64,000 nt of DNA from Eledone cirrhosa (GCA_964016885.1 OZ024763.1:27032001-27096000); one strand, 5' to 3'; counted from the stretch's first letter, positions 1 to 11,882 are shown. Translations and numbers: made by a program. Notes: generated by a model from the sequence alone, not told the origin.

Positions 1-269
1 TCATAGTAATTAGCTTGTCTCAAAATTGTTCGCAGTGTTTCCATGTTTAGTGTCACAAACTATCGTTAATTCATGATTTTGCTCTAATGTAATAAATGTT
101 ACTTTTAAAAGAGTGAAGCTCTCAATTTTTTCCACATTCGATACCAAATCATGCTTCCTTTTTATAACTTCGTTGTACAAATATAATAATTAAAGAATAT
201 ATATATATAGCTTCTTATTAACTCTTTCCCGAAACATTTATTTCTTCAAAATAAGGTAAGACATATCCC

Positions 270-991
270 GAAAAATATTGTAAGGTGTCTCAATAATTAT
301 TCCATTTCAATCAATTTCTCATTTCAGTTTTCTTTAGAAATATCTTGGCGTTGAAGATTTGTCCTCATAGTAATTAGCTTGTCTCAAAATTGTTCGCAGT
401 GTTTCCATGTTTAGTGTCACAAACTATCGTTAATACATGTTACTTTTAAAAGAGTGAAGCTCTCAATTTTTTCTTTCTCTTCTATATTGATATCTAATGA
501 ATGACAAATGTATGTGATAGGAGAAAAACCACACAGCCTCCTTCCCTCGCTATAGAAGGCTAACTGACAATGTCGTTCGTAGGAGTAACAAGTCACCTCT
601 TACTGCCTTTTATATACCATGTTAACTGGAACGACTTTCCAAGTATGGATACACTCTCTCCTTATCAATATTGTCCGAGTCCGAGGACATTTTCTCCCTG
701 GTTAAGGAGTGAGATAAAATATTAGGGATCAATCTCTAGCAATAATTTAATTAAATTATATTTAACCAAAGCTGTTATGTCGTGGTTGTTGTTATATTTT
801 ATAGTCGTGGTTTCAATGTTTATGAGGGGTTGTAGAATTAGTTTTATCTAATTATTATCAAACAAAAATGATGTATATATTGTCGTTGTACGTTGAAATC
901 ACATATATACATTTATATACACACCAAGGATGGAGGGAAGACGGAATTGAAAACCATTATTGCTGAGCACAACATTGCAGGATCAAATATA

Positions 992-1026
<35 letters not shown>

Positions 1027-1250
1027 ATCAGGTATAACCATTGATGAATATCCCTGCAGATCATCAGGTTGTAGGATGAAATCAACCCTAGAGAAATGAT
1101 AAGGTATATTTTATGGAAGCTTGAGAAGAATAAAAATGAAAGTGAACCATTTTGAATTAATATCATTGGGAAAGCCATGAAGGCCACTACATCAATTTTT
1201 CTTTTAAATAGAAAGTAGGTTTATAAATTTTAATTTTGATAGTATTTTTG
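270..1250 (-). pseudogene. Decayed TLR-like remnant, subtype 'a' (LRR part at right, TIR part at left)
   Basis: Inverted homolog of the + strand remnants, e.g. revcomp AATTCTACAACCCCTCATAAACATTGAAACC vs AATTCTATATCCGCAGCTAAATATTGAACTCC. TIR-box1-like VWFFSYH near 515-535 and LKW near 301-310. Many stops and frameshifts. Confidence 0.5.
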
Positions 1251-2250
1251 TAGTTGTCTTGGTAGCCTATTGGTAGGTGTTGGGACAGTGGTGATGCTGG
1301 TCTGGGGTTCAATCTCAGTCAGGAATCTCTCGAGAAATTTAATTTTTTAAATTTTTCATAAAATGAACGAAAAATAGAGGTTGCAGGAATCTGACTGAGA
1401 TCGAACCCCAGACCAGAATGTCCAGCACCTCTAATACTTATCACTAGTCTATAGAGGCGGTTATAAAAACTTACTGAAAATAAATATTTATAAACCTACT
1501 TTTTCAATTTTTTTATAAAAACAAAATTTCTGTACAAGGTTTTCATGTACACCTGACAGAGATCGAACCCCTAATCAATATCACCACTGTCTCTAATGTC
1601 TACCACTAGACCACTGAGACAGTTATGAAATCGTAGTGAAAATTAATATTTATAAACTTACTTTTTAATGGTTTTTATTTTAGAAGAGGTAAACTAAAAG
1701 TTAATAATACCCATAATGTAGAACCAGATAGAGATTGAACCCTAGACCAGGATTTCACCGTTTCTAATACATACCACTGGGCCAGAGAGAATGTACGAAT
1801 TCGTAGTGAAAATTAATATTTATAAAACTACATTTTGTTCGGAAGTAATTCAAATAAACTATTGTTTCTGACGATCCCGTAACAAGTTGAAAGCAGTGAT
1901 TCTTTGCTTAAACTTTAATTTGTACTCATAATAAATAAATAAACATATGTATTTATGTGTGTATACATGTATATGCGTTGCTTTGATGCTATTTCTAGTA
2001 TATTTATTGTTGTTTTTCATGAAAAATACAGAAACCGGAAGTGAAAAGATTGAAAATCTTTGGTCAAAATTCATGCGAACTTTTTTAAACAAAAGGATTT
2101 TTTTTGTAAACAAACTTGAAATTTTTGCCAAGAAACATAACTCTTGCCTGACTTAAACGCAAAAATTGATGCAAAAACTTTGCGTGTGTGCAAATTATAG
2201 GGAGTGTACGAATTCGTTCTGAAAATTAATATTTATAAAACTACATTTTG
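1211..2250. repeat. Palindrome centre with tRNA-like A/B-box cassettes: one on + (1255-1325), three on - (1391-1460, 1552-1620, 1725-1790), plus a partial flank copy
   Basis: Consensus GTCTCGGTGGCCTAGTGGTAGG...GGTCTAGGGTTCGATCTC has A-box and B-box-like motifs. Each copy is preceded by AAAGTAGGTTTATAAATATTAATTTTC. Confidence 0.7.
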
Positions 2251-3170
2251 TTCGGTTGAAAACTCGATGTAGTGGCGTTCATGGCTTTTTCGGGACGTCC
2301 TTGAATTCATAAAGTAAATCTAGACTTTATTTCTCATTGCTCTAGGCTTGATTTGAACCTACAACAACTCCGTCTGCAATAATGTCATACCTCATTCCAG
2401 CTTAGTACGTCGTACCCGTAAATTGTTAAACGTGGTTCCTATATATACATGCAAGTAAGATTTGAACCTACAATGCTGTGCTTAATTTCTATTAATAAGT
2501 GTGTTTTATAAAAGAAAGTAAAGAAACAATTTAATGAAAGTAAAAAATTTATTTTATTCAGGAATGTTTTTTTAAATTTTATGTATTCACTTCATTAACT
2601 GCTGAATAGTTCTCTTGTTTTTGTTTGTTCTTACCATTGTTTACTGTAAATGGTGACTGTGACTAGACTGGATTATTACCAAGTTTTACTGGATGATGGC
2701 ATTTCCTTATTTTGTTGTCAGTGGACATCTCTCTAAATACCTGGAATAAACATAAGGTGTGTCTTTTACCTAACATTTCATTTAAAATCTGATGTTCCAA
2801 TGGATTACTTTTAAAATAAAACCAATAAATAGGACAGGTAGACTCCATCAAAAGAGACCACAGAGATGAGGTAGGAATAATCTAAAATTAATTTAAAAAA
2901 AAAGACAATGTTTAAAGAAAGACAAACATTAAAAAAGGATTTCCAACAAACACGTAAAGACAAAGACAATCACATCCACAATTTAATATCTGAAGATCAA
3001 CATTTTCCACGATATAAATAAAACTAAATATGTAAAGTTAAGTGACCTCTCATTTATTTGCTCTAACTTTATTTTACTAATCTGTATTCTGTAGACATAT
3101 ATTTTCGTTGGTGTACCTTACGATTTCGTTGATGAAAGTTTTCAGTCGTCTTTAGATCTTTATTTCTTAT
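2230..3170 (+). pseudogene. Decayed TLR-like remnant, subtype A
   Basis: Hydrophobic stretch, then YCKW*L*LDWIITKFYWMMAF near 2642-2705. TIR C-terminal-like VDIYFRWC at 3091-3114. Disrupted. Confidence 0.55.
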
Positions 3171-3929
3171 AAAAGTTATAATACTCATCTCCTCTCATTA
3201 GATCTCTATTTTACTTCTGGAATACTGTGTTAACATTTATATTTTCATCTCGATATTATTAAGTATTAAGGTTGCCATGTATTACAATACAGTATATAAA
3301 CAAGGGAATATGAGGAGGCGTAATCATTTAAAAACAGCTAACCCCACAATCTGTATATTTAGATTACCCCAGGGTGTCGCATGGGCGATTTCATATATAC
3401 ATACACACATATATATACAAGTTATTGATGACAGGGGCGGGCTAGATCGATACAGAACGAACCTTAAGCTGATGAATAGCGAAATGCGCGCCACGAACCA
3501 ATAAACGTAATGAAGGTGTACCCATTCGTCCTTGTTTTATTATATATATATTTTAATATATATATATATATATATATACTAATTAATTAATTTATTTATT
3601 TCCACCTGGAGTTTCGACCGAAAGATATTATTAGCAATTGGAAAGACCAATGGAAACATTGTTTCGTCCGTCCGATCTGACGAAGGTCGATCGACTGTCT
3701 ATATATATATATATACATACCCATACATTCATATTTACTCACTTCTATGTAAATATATATACATATTAAAAACACATACCATATACCAGCTTAAAAACGA
3801 TTGACTAATCATCAGGACACATGCTTGCTCTTGTTAAAATTTCACAGAGATACTTATGAAAACCGAACTTGCAACGCCACGTACACTTACATACACACAC
3901 CTGTACATACACAGACGCATAGAAAAGGT

Positions 3930-5210
3930 ATGACTTATATAGGTACATCAAAGTTAATGTTCCACTATAGCACCATTCGAGGTAGATAAAACGAAGTACC
4001 AGTGTAGTACTGGGGGTCGATTCTTCTTCTATATCTCTTTCTTACTTCCTTTCTCCTACATTCTCTCCTTCTCTGGTAAATATCTCCTGTGATCAGATCT
4101 AGGGTAGAGATGGGATCAGTCAGCTTTTACAAAAAACCCAAGACACCCCGAATATTAACGTGGGGTCACCAAGACTCCCTCGCAAGCTATACGTCCCTAC
4201 ATACATAGCAACATCAGACAGATCCTTTATGTAGATCACTTTTACTCGATGATGGAAGACAAGTTTTCAGTGAGTCAGAAAGGAATATTTGCGATATGAA
4301 AGGAGAACCTCTCTGAATAAATATTAGATAGTTAAGATGCTACGTAAAGCAGGCGGTGACAACATCGAAGACCAGAGATGCCATGTGGAAATAGACATCC
4401 ACATATAAATATACAAAGATAGGGGGACCTTATCATCATAGACACTTGGGCTTATGAATACACACACACAAATATATATTTATATACATACATACATACA
4501 TACATACATATACATGTGTGTGTGTGGCTCCTGCAGGACTAGAACGGTTTCATTCGGAAGAAATCAAGGGCTTTCCTGATGATTTTTCCGAATGAAACAG
4601 TTCTAGTCCTGTAGAAGCCATTTCTATATTAAATTTTATTTATTAAGTATTTATAATCTGCTATGTAATGAGTACCTTACTTACTGTGGTTACCGCCGAT
4701 TGAACCCGGGATAAATATATATATATATAGGGGTGTACGGTGTCCTCAGTTAAGACTAAGTATTACGCCCGATGTCCCGACACACATCTTCGAGTAAATG
4801 TTGATTAATAAACAAACCGTGTATCTCACATGTAAGAGGGAAAGCCAGATGAAGTGTTGATGATAAGAGACGTGAAAATAATAATAATAATAATAATAAT
4901 AGTGTTACAATTATTAATAGTAGTAGTTGTAATAATAAAGTGAGGGGGACGACTTTATTATAAATAGTTATGTACACACAAGCTTACACAGGTACACATT
5001 CGTACACGTACTTACATAAACGTTTATAAATAAAAAACGAAGCTGATAAAAAGAACATATATTACCGTATCGCGTTTGCAACGATACACTTGACGTTGAG
5101 TTCTTGAATCTGATTCCATTATTGCACACACAACACAAGCTGCCTGTTTAGAAACAATATTTCCAGGCAGCCATCTACTCACTAGGGTATGACAGTTGAA
5201 GGACATCACT
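3930..5210 (-). pseudogene. Decayed TLR-like remnant, subtype D
   Basis: IYLEWC (YLEW at 3973-3984), frameshifted LCM..RD near 4194-4210 and juxtamembrane TWHLW near 4371-4386, in TIR order. Confidence 0.65.
4527..4712. mobile_element. Small hairpin element with ~95-bp palindromic head (copies near 11900-12073, 23542-23730, 38047-38165, 47255-47426, 59341-59530)
   Basis: Arms GGCTCCTGCAGGACTAGAACGGTTTCATTCGGAA / TTCCGAATGAAACAGTTCTAGTCCTGTAGAAGCC. It occurs in two unrelated contexts and both orientations. Confidence 0.65.
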
Positions 5211-5244
5211 GGATGTCGGCTAGTCGGTGCTACAGAGACAGCTT

Positions 5245-6093
5245 CAAATTAATATTTATAAACTTACTTTTGATTTTGGAACATTAATTGAAGTGGTAGC
5301 GTTCATGCTTTTCATAGTGTTGCTGTTATTAGAAAGAGTCGACTTTGTCTTTCATAATTCAGGGTCTTTCATGAAGTAAATATTCATTTTATTTCTTAAC
5401 GCCCTAGTATTGATTTGAACCTACAATGACTTCGTCTACAATAATGTTCACTAATTTCAAATCTGTCATACCTAAATCCTGTGTGCGACTTACAAATAAA
5501 TTGTTAAATGTCACTTTTATATATTTACCAATGTAAGATTGGAACCTTCAGTGATGTGCTTTGCAGTAATGTCCTGTAACTCCAACTAGATTGCGCTAAG
5601 CTTGTATATTTATTTCGTCCGAATAACAATGGTTTCGATCCCAGATCGCTACTGGTACAAGAAATAATTTAAAGAAATTTTATATCCCCAGCTAAATATT
5701 GAACCCCGTTACACACTGAACATACATTTATAACTCAATTTCTAATGTTTAAATGATATTACACCACCTTTGTGTTCTCGGTGGATATTAATTTACAATT
5801 TTATAGCAGAAAAATAGAGTACCAGTCATTTTATAGGTTCCATTTAATCGATCGGCTTCTCCCTATCAATCACTTGACATTTGCCAAACAGTATACGACA
5901 AATTTGAAATAAATTACGTGTTTAATTAAGAAAAAGAATTATTGAAAGTAAGAAATTTTTATTGTTTGTTTACACTGCAATTACTGCTGAATGACTTATT
6001 TTTCTTACTATTTTCTACTGTAAATGGCGGCTGCCACGATATTGGATTATTACTGAGGTTTACTGGATGGTGGCGTTTCCTTATTGTATTATT
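5245..6093 (+). pseudogene. Decayed TLR-like remnant, subtype B, truncated by GA satellite
   Basis: LRR-like NLKKFYIPS near 5666. FYCKWRLPRYWIITEVYWMVAFPYCII at about 6013-6093, then an abrupt switch to satellite. Confidence 0.55.
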
Positions 6094-9002
6094 ACGAGAG
6101 AGGGGGGAGAAACAAGAATAGCGAACCAAGAGAGAGATGAGAGAGGAGGGAGGGGGAGAGACGAGAAACAAGAGAGAGGAGGGAGGAGAGGAGAGAAACA
6201 AGAGGGAGAGGGGAGAGACGAGAGGGGAAAGACGAGGAGAGTAACAAGAGGGAGAGAGGAGGGGGAGAGGAGTGAAACAAGAGAGGGGAGAGAAACGAGA
6301 GGGGTACGAGAAACAAGAGAGAGGAGGAGGGGGAGGAGGGGGGAGGGAGAGAGGAGTGAAACAAGAGAGAGAGGAGGGAGAGAGGAGGGAGAGAGGAGTG
6401 AGAGAGGAGTGAAACGAGAGGAGGGAGAGAGGAGTGAAACAAGAGAGAGGAGGAGGGAGAGAGGAGTGAAACAAGAGAGAGGAGGAGGGAGAGAGGAGTG
6501 AAACAAGAGAGAGGAGGAGAGAGAGGAGTGAAACAAGAGGGAGAGAGAGGAGGGAGACAAGAGAGGGGAGGAGGGAGAGAGGATCGAAACAAGAGAGAGG
6601 AGGGAGAGAGGAGTGAAACAAGAGAGAGGAGGGAGAGAGGAGTGAAACAAGAGAGGAGGAGGGAGAGAGGAGTGAAACAAGAGAGGAGGAGGGAGAGAGG
6701 AATGAAACAAGAGAGAGAGGAGGGAGAGAGGAATGAAACGAGAGGAGGGAGAGAGGAATGAAACAAGAGAGAGAGGAGTGAAACAAGAGAGAGGAGGGAG
6801 AGAGAGGAGGGAGACAAGAGAGGGGAGGAGGGAGAGAGGAATGAAACAAGAGAGAGAGGAGGGAGAGAGGAACGAAACAAGAGAGAGGAGGGAGAGAGGA
6901 GTGAAACAAGAGAGAGGAGGGAGAGAGGAGTGAAACAAGAGAGAGGAGGGAGAGAGGAGTGAAACAAGAGAGAGGAGGGAGAGAGAGGAGGGAGAGAGAG
7001 GGGAGGAGGGAGAGGAATGAAACACGGGAGAGAGGAGTGAGAGAGGAGGGAGAGGAGGGAGAGGAGGGAAACAAGAGAGAGAGGAGTGAAACACGAGGGA
7101 GAGAGGAGTGAAACAAAAGAGGGGAGAGAGGAGTGAAACAAGAGAGGGGAGAGAGTGAAACAAGAGAGAGAAGAGGGAGAGAGTGAAACAAGAGAGAGAA
7201 GAGGGAGAGGAGGGAGAGAGGAATGAAACAAGAGAGAGAGGAGAGAGAGGAGTGAAACAAGAGAGGAGAGAGAGAGGAGTGAAACAAGAGAGAGAGGAGT
7301 GAAACACGAGGGAGAGAGGAGTGAAACAAAAGAGGGGAGAGAGGAGTGAAACAAGAGAGGGGAGAGAGGAGTGAAACAAGAGAGAGAAGAGGGAGAGGGT
7401 GAAACAAGAGAGAGAAGAGGGAGAGAGTGAAACAAGAGAGAGAGGCGAGAGAGAGGAGTGAAACAAGAGAGAGGAGGGAGAGGAGTGAAACAAGAGAGAG
7501 GAGGGAGAGGAGTGAAACAAGAGTGAGAGGCGAGAGAGAGGAGTGAAACAAGAGAGAGGCGAGGGAGAGGAGTGAAACAAGAGAGAGGCGAGGGAGAGGA
7601 GTGAAACAAGAGAGAGGAGGGAAACAAGAGAGAGAGGAGGGAGAGAGGAGGGAGAGAGGATTGAAACAAGAGACGAGTGAAACAAGAGAGAGGAGGAAGA
7701 GAGGAGTGAAACAAGAGAGAGAGGAGGGAAACGAAAGAGAGAGGAGTGAAACAAGAGAGAGGAAGGAGAGGCGAGGGAGAGAGGAGGAAGAGAGGAGTGA
7801 AACAAGAGAGAGAGGAGTGAAACAAGAGAGAGGAGGGAGGGAGGAGTGAAACAAGAGAGAGGAGGGAGAGAGGACTGAAACAAGAGAGAGAGGAGTGAAA
7901 CAAGAGAGAGGAGGGAGGGAGGAGTGAAACAAGAGAGAGGAGGGAGGGAGGAGTGAAACAAGAGAGGGGGTAGCGAGAAGTGAAACAAGAGAGAGGGGAG
8001 CGAAACGAGGAGTGAAACAAGAGAGGAGGGAGAGGATGGAGGGAGAGAGGAATGAAACACGAGAGAGGAGTGAAGCAAGAGAGGAGGGAGAGAGGAATGA
8101 AACACGAGAGAGGAGTGAAGCAAGAGAGGAGGGAGAGAGGAGTGAAGCAAGAGAGGAGGGAGAGAGAGAGGAAGGAGAGAGGAGGGAGAGAGGAATGAAA
8201 CAAGAGAGGCGAGAGAGAGGAGGGAGAGCGGAGTGAAACAAGAGAGGAGGGAGAGCGGAGTGAAACAAGTGAAAGGAGGGAGAGCGGAGTGAAACAAGAG
8301 AGGAGGGAGAGGGGAGTGAAACAAGAGAGAGAGGAGGGAGAGGGGAGGGAGAGAGGAGTGAAACAAGAGAGGCGAGAGAGAGGAGGGAGAGCGGAGTGAA
8401 ACAAGAGAGAGGAGGGAGAGCGGAGTGAAACAAGAGAGGAGGGAGAGAGGAGTGAAACAAGTGAAAGGAGGGAGAGAGAGGAGTGAAACAAGAGAGGAGG
8501 GAGAGAGGAGTGAAACAAGTGAAAGGAGGGAGAGAGGAGTGAAACAAGAGAGAGGCGAGAGAGAGAGGGAGAGCGGAGTGAAACGAGAGAGGAGGGAGAG
8601 CGGAGTGAAACAAGACTGAAAGAAGGGAGAGCGGAGTGAAACAAGAGAGAGAGGAGGGAGAGAGGAGTGAAACAAGAGAGAGAGGAGGGAGAGGGGAGTG
8701 AAGCAAGAGAGGATGGAGAGAGGAGTGAAACAAGAGAGAGAGGAGTGAAACAAGAGAGAGGGGAGCGAAACGAGGAGTGAAACAAGAGAGAGGGGAGGGA
8801 GAGAGGAGTGAAACAAGAGAGGCGAGAGCGAGGAGGGGGAGAGGAGTGAAACAAGAGAGAGGAGGGAGAGAGGAGTGAAAGGAGGGAGAGAGGAATGAAA
8901 GAAGAGAGAGAGGAGGGAGAGAGGAGTGAAACAAGAGAGAGGATGGAGAGAGAGGAGGGAGAGAGAGGAGGGAGAGAATAGAGAGAGGAGAGAGGAGGGA
9001 GA
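6094..9002 (+). repeat. Polypurine satellite, core GAGAGGAGTGAAACAA(GA)nGGAGG
   Basis: About 2.9 kb of irregular tandem repeat, directly visible. Confidence 0.97.
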
Positions 9003-9104
9003 CTTACCTTTTTGTGATGTCAAATAACAGTACTTTTAGATTTTACAATTATAGGAATGGTTCGACATAACTACACAAGATAGAAAATATACAGAAACTA
9101 ATAT

Positions 9105-9258
9105 AATTGCTTCTACTTTTGGCACAAGTCCAGCAATTACCCACTGGTAATTTATTTTATCGACCCCGTAAGAATGAAAGACAGTTAACCTCGGCCGGAT
9201 TTGAACCTAGAATGGAAAGGGGCGTAATTCTATGCGTCAAAGCATGGCGTCCGACGGT
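9105..9258 (-). mobile_element. tRNA-derived SINE, partial
   Basis: Reverse complement of the SINE at 15994-16180. Confidence 0.8.
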
Positions 9259-9882
9259 GTAGTGTGGTGATATGTGTGGTGATGTGTGTGGTGTGGTGTG
9301 TAGAAGGTGGTATGTGTGGTGTGGTGTGTAGAAGGTAATGTGCGTTGTGTGGTGTGTAGAGTATAATGTGTAGTGTGTAGAGCATAATGTGTGGTGAGTG
9401 ATGTGTATGGCGTGGTGTGTGGTGAGTGATGTGTATGGCGTGGTGTGTCAGTACATGTGTGGAGTATGTGGTGTGTAACGAAGGTGTGGTGTAATTGTGT
9501 GTATGTGTGAGTGTTTAATGTGCTGTGTTAATGAGTGGACTGTAGTAAAAAGGAGTCACACAATCTTTAAAAGACCCTAAATTAACTTGCCCTAATTACT
9601 ATATATACTCAATTATAAGCCGATCCCTTTTATATTTGAGAAATAGGACAGAATCCAAACCCCATTTATAAGCCATGGTGGCTAATCAACAGACGACAGT
9701 TTTGAAATTCTCAAGAGTGGAGAATATATTTATGAAGTTTTAATATTTTGATATTTAAAATGTTTTAAGTGTCATTTAGAGTATAGTTTTTATTTCACTT
9801 CTTTATGTAATGAGTTACCATTTTCTGATTGATTTCAAGGCCATATTCATTAAAATCATCAAATATAATAGCAAATATAAAT

Positions 9883-11290
9883 TTCACCTCCAAAATGAAA
9901 CTGGTGTAATATATCCACCTCCAAAGTGAAACTGGTGTAATATTCACCTCCAAAGTGAAACTGGTGTAATATATTCACCTGCAAAGTGAAACTGGTGCAA
10001 TACATCCACCTCCAAAATGAAACTGGTGCAATATTCACCTCAAAAGTGTAAACTGGTGTAATATTCCAAAGTGAAACTGGTGTAATATACACCTACAAAG
10101 TGTAACTGGTGTAATATATCCACCACCAAAGTGAAACTGGTGTAATATATTCACCTGCCAAGTGAAACTGGTGTAATATATTCACCTGCAAAGTGAAACT
10201 GGTGTAATATATTCACCTGCAAAGTGAAACTGGTGTAATATATTCACCTGCAAAGTGAAACTGGTGTAATATATTCACCTGCAAAGTGAAACTGGTGTAA
10301 TATATTCAGCTGCAAAGTGAAACTGGTGTAATATATCCACCTGCAAAGTGAAACTGGTGCAATATTCCAAAGTGAAACTGGTGTAATATTCTCAAGTGAA
10401 ACTGGTGTAATATTCTCAAGTGAAACTGGTGTAATATTCTCAAGTGAAACTGGTGTAATATTCTCAAGTGAAACTGGTGTAATATTCACCTCCAAAGTGT
10501 AAAATGGTGTAATATTCCAAAGTGAAACTGGTGTAATATTCACCTCCAAAGTGTAAACTGGTGTAATATTCCAAAATGAAACTGGTGTAATATTCCAAAG
10601 TGAAACTGGTGTAATATTCCAAATGAAACTGGTGTAATATTCACCTCCAAAGTGTAAACTGGTGTAATATTCCAAAGTGAAACTGGTGTAATATATTCAC
10701 CTGCTAAGTGAAACTGGTGTAATATATCCACATCGAAAGTAAAACTGGTGTAATATATTCACCTGCTAAGTGAAACTGGTGTAATATATTCACCTGCAAA
10801 GTGAAACTGGTGTAATATATTCACCTGCAAAGTGAAACTGGTGTAATATATTCACCTGCAAAGTGAAACTGGTGTAATATATCCACATCGAAAGTAAAAC
10901 TGGTGTAATATATTCACCTGCAAAGTAAAACTGATGTAATATATTCACCTGCAAAGTGAAACTGGTGTAATATATTCACCTGCAAAGTGAAACTGGTGTA
11001 ATATATCCACATCGAAAGTAAAACTGGTGTAATATATTCACCTGCAAAGTGAAACTGGTGTAATATATTCACCCACAAAGTGAAACTGGTGTAATATTCC
11101 AAAGTGAAACTGGTGTAATATTGCAAAGTGAAACTGGTGTAATATTCCAAAGTGAAACTGGTGTAATATTCCAAAGTGAAACTGGTGTAATATTCCAAAG
11201 TGAAACTGGTGTAATATTCACCTCCAAAGTGAAACTGGTGTAATATTCACCTCCAAAGTGAAACTGGTGCAACATTCATCTCCAAAGCGA
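9883..11290 (+). repeat. Minisatellite, 25-32 bp units CAAAGTGAAACTGGTGTAATAT(ATTCACCT)
   Basis: Directly visible tandem array of roughly 45-50 units. Confidence 0.97.
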
Positions 11291-11624
11291 AAATATTTCA
11301 GCACCTCATTTACATATAATTTTTAAGTTGGTGAAATCAAAATATTGACCTCGAAGACAAGTCCTCCTCCCTATTTTACCATCAATATTTTGTCACATTT
11401 ATCGACATATATACAAGTATATACAATATTTACTTTACATAAATTATCAAAAGATTTGCTATTTATGTAAACAGAATTATCCGAAACTAAATCTAATAAA
11501 ATTTCTTTTAATTAAATTTAAGAAAAAAAATATAGTTTGAAAGAAAACTAGAGATCACTGCTCCGACCAAGGTGTAGGGGTCACTGATTTTGACCAAGGT
11601 GTAGGGGTCACTACATACAAAATA

Positions 11625-11795
11625 AACAGTACTCACTGTAAATGAGGTTAGCGTTTTGAAAGGCTTCCAGCTGTTAAAGCGAAGCCAAGATCAGTTCTGT
11701 ATGAGCAAGACATGGTCACCTGACCTGGCATTGCCCACAATAGGACAACTCGTCTAACCCATGCTAGCGTAGAAAAATGGACATTAAATTGTGAT
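11625..11795 (+). mobile_element. Degenerate SINE 3' half (copy at 46718-46888)
   Basis: GTTAGCGTTTTGAAAGGCTTCCAGCTG...CTAACCCATGCTAGCGTAGAAAAATGGACATTAAA followed by a microsatellite tail. Resembles common octopus SINE ends as I recall them. Confidence 0.55.
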
Positions 11796-11799
11796 TATA

Positions 11800-11882
<83 letters not shown>

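Noticed and set aside
500-735. Apparent TATA box (TATATAAAAG), Inr (TCAGTT) and GATA sites on the minus strand in seven units
   Set aside because: The segment aligns with the YCKW juxtamembrane codons of the inverted arm and is followed by TIR-like motifs. There is no conserved ATG or donor. Secondary promoter use cannot be excluded without CAGE data.
2550-2760. Minus-strand terminal exon of a neuropeptide-like precursor (ttccag|G...RKR-HHPVNLGNNP, AATAAA)
   Set aside because: That frame has shared stops that are Leu codons on the plus strand, the acceptor is absent in C copies, and the synonymous pattern favours the plus frame.
5959-9023. 900-1700 aa L/S/P-rich ORFs (also 39235-44384)
   Set aside because: Open in all three minus frames because the CT-rich satellite lacks stop codons.
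9883-11290. CRISPR-like regular repeats
   Set aside because: No unique spacers, no cas genes, eukaryotic context. It is a minisatellite.
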